DNA from: Aplysia californica
Taxonomy: Eukaryota
NCBI RefSeq assembly: GCF_000002075.1
Contig: NW_004797519.1
Span: 763,644-827,643, forward strand
Direction: 5' to 3'
Length of the DNA: 64,000 nucleotides
In this document: one piece after another, positions 60,311-64,000 of the stretch
How the letters are laid out: every line of letters starts with the position of its first letter
Position numbering within the stretch: position 1 is the first letter of the stretch
The notes under the pieces: generated by a model
The model's input: the letters and a program-made list of their open reading frames with translations, nothing else
The model's database searches: none
Told to the model about the DNA's origin: nothing
Translations under genes and position numbers: made by a program

Positions 60311-61575
60311 CACAAATTATGAGTCCACTAACAACACAGCAACTTCAAAATGTTATTTCAATAATCTCACAACTCACAACCGTCGACAGCAGCAGCTCAA
60401 CATTTTGTACCAAAGGCGACATTGCAGTACACACAGAAGAATGGCGACAATACAGATAGTAGAACAGTGATCGAGTAAAACAGACAGCAGGACAGCATCA
60501 ATAAAAACAACAAGAAAAACAGTGACGATTCAGACAGCGGGGAAGAGCATGTATGTATAACCCTCCAGCGATAAAATGGCCTCAGTTATCCAAGAGTAAT
60601 TACATATTATAATAATTCAATCACACGTCTGTACAACAAGGTGTATACTTTCTCCAAGGTCTTGCGCGTATAGCACGAGGTTTAATGTCACTTACGGTAG
60701 TTATACTGTGCGTTCAGAATCTCTAAATATAGCATTGACACACTTTCAGTGTACAGCCATCCAAAGGCAGAGTGACGTAACTGAACATTTCCTGATTTTG
60801 CAGGGAAAAAAACCCATGGAAAACTTTTTTGATGATGCTTATTTTAGAGACCAGTCCCTTATCATCTTACGAAGTGTAGCTTTTCCACTTTGAAAACTAC
60901 TACTCTGGATGCAGATAGATCATCCGGTCTTTTGAAGAATATGGGCACAACTAGTGTCACATGGTGTAACAAATCAATAAAACTTAAAAACTTGACTTTA
61001 TCGTTTACGTCACTCTGCCTTGAGACAGCAGTATAATACATGCCAGCTCCATCACATTAATCACAATACATATTTCTTTATAAATAATGCCTAAAGGTTA
61101 TTTCACAAAATATGCACACCTGTGAGTGTGTGTGTGTGTGTGCGTGTGTGTGTCTGTGTTAAAAAAAAGGGGGGTACACATGTTCATGTGACCACACTCA
61201 CATACACATAAGTATATGAGCCATTCTCATTAGGATGGCATAAAAATAAAAAGATTGCAGTAGCCCAAATTTTGGAAGAGTTGCTTTCTATGCTTTTCTG
61301 ACTAAAACTAAAACAATAGTGTCTGTCTTTTCTCATTTTCGAGCTGAGAAGATAATCAGATTCAACATGAGCACAGGAAAAGGGCATGAATTTGTTGTAA
61401 ATTCCCCAGGTTTGGACTTAGCTTACAAATAACTGGGGCACATTTGCCAGGGTTCTTTTTTTATATTTTAAAAATGAAAATGCACCAAAACAAGCATCAA
61501 CGAAGTAATAATATAGACCTACACGTCATTAAAAAGGTTACTTGAAACATGGTAGGGTTGGGAAGAGATTAAAAG

Positions 61576-61728
61576 TGGGTGGTTGACGGGTGCTCTGGTA
61601 TGAGTTGCTCCTTCTTTCCTATCAAACAACTACCATCCTTCTTTTCTTTGTACACTACTACTCTCGAGAAACACCGCTAAACTTTGACACCAATATAACC
61701 TGTTAGTGTTGCAAGTGCCGTAAAATTT
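61576..61728 (+). mobile_element. Family A copy (degenerate)
   Basis: gggtggttgacgggtgctctgg...gttgcaagtgccgtaaaa. Confidence 0.7.
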
Positions 61729-62610
61729 TTATTAACATGCGCTCACTACCACTGGAAAAATTTTAATCGCCGACGCAACCAGGCACACTAAACATAACTA
61801 AACAACGAATGGACATCCTGAACTAAAGTAAATACCAAAGAAAGTCACTCTATAGGATAACTGAATGGTAGATGAAAATCTCTAAATTTTTAAAGCATGT
61901 TTCTTGGGCTGCCAAGGTTTCTTTAATTAAATAAAATTCTACCATAGCTTCAGCATTCTATACTGGTGCGATACTTGAGAGTGTTTTTCACTGTATGAGC
62001 CTTCGGTACTGTAGGTGTTAAAACTAAATAGATTCCGAATGCCCGATCAAAAGTGTGGTCTGTGATGGTGAGCCAACGTATCCTGTGACGCCCATGTCCA
62101 CAAAACGTAACTCCTTTGATTTAATGAAAGCATATAATTATTGAGACAACAACCAAAACATTTTTTTTACTGATCCTATTTAAGTGTGTAACTGGCTTGA
62201 CTTGCACAGCTGAGCCACTTTCCAAAGCAACAAGTGGGGGAAAAAAAACTATTCACAATAAACATAGTATCAAAATCATTGGCAAATATTTTTGTTTGTT
62301 AAACTTCAGCCAATTTGACATATATGCCACTTATTAAAAAGCCTGATTTAGATTCACCTGGGAGAGAGGCCCTCTAACCATGCTCACCTTTTGAAAATGG
62401 CTCACATTTTATGACACAAAACATAAATAAGTTCATAATTTGAATGCAAACACACACACACACACACACACGCGCACAGACACACACACATACACACCAC
62501 ACACACATCTGTACCACACCATACAGTGCCAGTGTGTAACTGATGGAGATGTCCAAACAGCAGCCCCAACAGCTAGCATCCGAACCATCCTGTGTCCATC
62601 TACAACTTGT

Positions 62611-62681
62611 TCACTTTGGTCTGACGAAGGTGCTAAATGCACATCGCTCTGGATGGCAATTGTTAGCACTACTGGCCCCTA
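62611..62681 (-). CDS. Possible terminal coding exon of a convergent gene (xGASSANNCHPERCAFSTFVRPK*)
   Basis: Minus-strand ttcccag/tag tandem acceptor ~30 nt downstream of a minus family A copy; strand skew reversed; no recognisable homology. Confidence 0.25.
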
Positions 62682-62710
62682 CTGGGAACCGAGCGAAGCC
62701 ATTTGGGGTT

Positions 62711-62870
62711 TGTTTTTGTTTTGTTAAACGTTTTACGGCACTTGCAACACAACAAGGTCACATAAGTGCCGAAGATTAGAGGTGTAACCAGAGAGTAAGA
62801 AACATAAAAAAAGGAGGGGAGATAAAGAAGATAGATGTCTGATAGGAAAGAAAAAGCAAACCACCCACTT
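62711..62870 (-). mobile_element. Family A copy on the minus strand
   Basis: ttttacggcacttgcaacacaacaaggtcacataagtgccg...aaagcaaaccac is the reverse complement of the consensus. Confidence 0.85.
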
Positions 62871-63499
62871 TGGGGTTCCCTCGTTTGACAGATTAGAATC
62901 CAGAATAACAAGATTGTAACTCAGAATTTTTACAGTTTAGAGTTCGTCACCTTGGCGATGTCGCCCACTAGTTGGTAATTTGGTAATTCTGATGGGTGGA
63001 GATCACCCGGGTAGTGACAGGCGTTATCTAATGCCCCCCCTCCCCCCCCCCCCCTTGGAAATACATGTACGTGTCATGTAGGTGGGTGGTAGAACATTTT
63101 ATCCTCTAAAAGGTTGCAAAACTGGGCACTGGCTATTTTAAAAAGTTAACAAACACCGAGTTAAAGTGTCTAGACCTTCCCCTGTACTCCCTTAAAATTA
63201 TTATGTGTAAAAGTGACAACTCTTATTCCTTTCTTTTTTTTCTGAGACAAAACCATATTAATTTTATTCTTCATTGGAGGGAGATACAATAGGTGAAAAC
63301 TTCGGAACTCAAACATCTCAAAAGCGAGAGTGACTGAAATACAACCTCATTATTCTGGGGTTGTGAGATGGCCACCCCAAAACCTTTATGCATTGAAACA
63401 ACAGAGAGAACAAAACAGCCTGTCTAATGCCCCTACTATACACAAGTTACACAAGCCACCGCTGCCATTATAATGGGTCTACAGAGCAACTCCTTACTC

Positions 63500-64000
63500 A
63501 GGGGAACGGAGGAATGGTGGAAGGTGGGGGGGAGAAGAGGAGGAATCTACAGAGTAGTGTATGGGTATTGGCTAGGAGAACGTCTTACTTACGAGTTAGT
63601 TAGAGGGAAGGGTGGGGAGTGACAATGAGGAGGAAGAGGTGAAGCCGATGGAGGAGGAAGAGGAGGTAGGAGCTCCAGAGTATAAGCTAGGACAGCTTCT
63701 TACAGAGTAAACTATGGGCCAGAAGAGCGTCTTACTTAGAAGGAAGGGCGGGGAGAGGGATGGTGGAGGAAGAGGAGGTAGGAGCTACAGTGTAGGGTAT
63801 TTGCTGGGAGAGTTTTTTGCTCATGGGGGAAGGGTAAGGAGGGAGGAGGTGGAGGAGGAGAAGGGGTGTGGATGGTGGTGGAAGAGAAGGAGGTAGGAGC
63901 TATAGAGTAGGATATTGGTTATTAGAGTGTCTGACATATGAGGAGGGATGGGGAGGGAGGAGGAGGAGCAGGTAGAAGCTACAGAGTAGGTTGTAGTCTT
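63500..64000. repeat. Purine-rich degenerate tandem repeat
   Basis: Recurrent ggaggtaggagctacagagtag. Confidence 0.65.

Noticed and set aside
62520-62681. In-frame TGA read-through (selenocysteine) in the minus-strand candidate exon
   Set aside because: No recognisable selenoprotein motif or SECIS element; an ordinary stop codon is simpler.

Overview
Eukaryotic, intron-rich animal genomic DNA with assembly N-gaps. The repeat content and microsatellites suggest an invertebrate, possibly a mollusc (inference only). Positions ~1274-51650 (+) hold at least 36 coding exons of a PTPN13-like non-receptor tyrosine phosphatase: low-complexity N-terminal linker, FERM domain, four PDZ domains and a PTP domain with intact catalytic motifs, ending at TGA 51648-51650. 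The 5' exons lie upstream of the window, and one internal exon is missing, probably in an N-gap. The 3'UTR likely runs to ~54.2 kb. Introns are dense with short repeats: three retroposon-like families without tRNA heads (A ~170 bp, B ~380 bp, C ~150 bp), two tRNA-head SINEs, RTE LINE 3' fragments, several MITE families and many minisatellites. Most notable: (i) families A/B/C are all sense-oriented inside the gene by eye, family A is nearly AG-free, and copies repeatedly sit 20-50 nt before 3' splice sites; (ii) A, B and a tRNA SINE share one 3' stem-loop with compensatory base changes; (iii) one TSD-bounded insertion captured 160 bp from an intron of the same gene 12 kb away; (iv) several minisatellites are amplified copies of the adjacent splice junction. 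Beyond ~55.5 kb the strand skew flips, suggesting a convergent minus-strand gene. Exon coordinates were read by hand from GT/AG sites and frame continuity; repeat boundaries are approximate.
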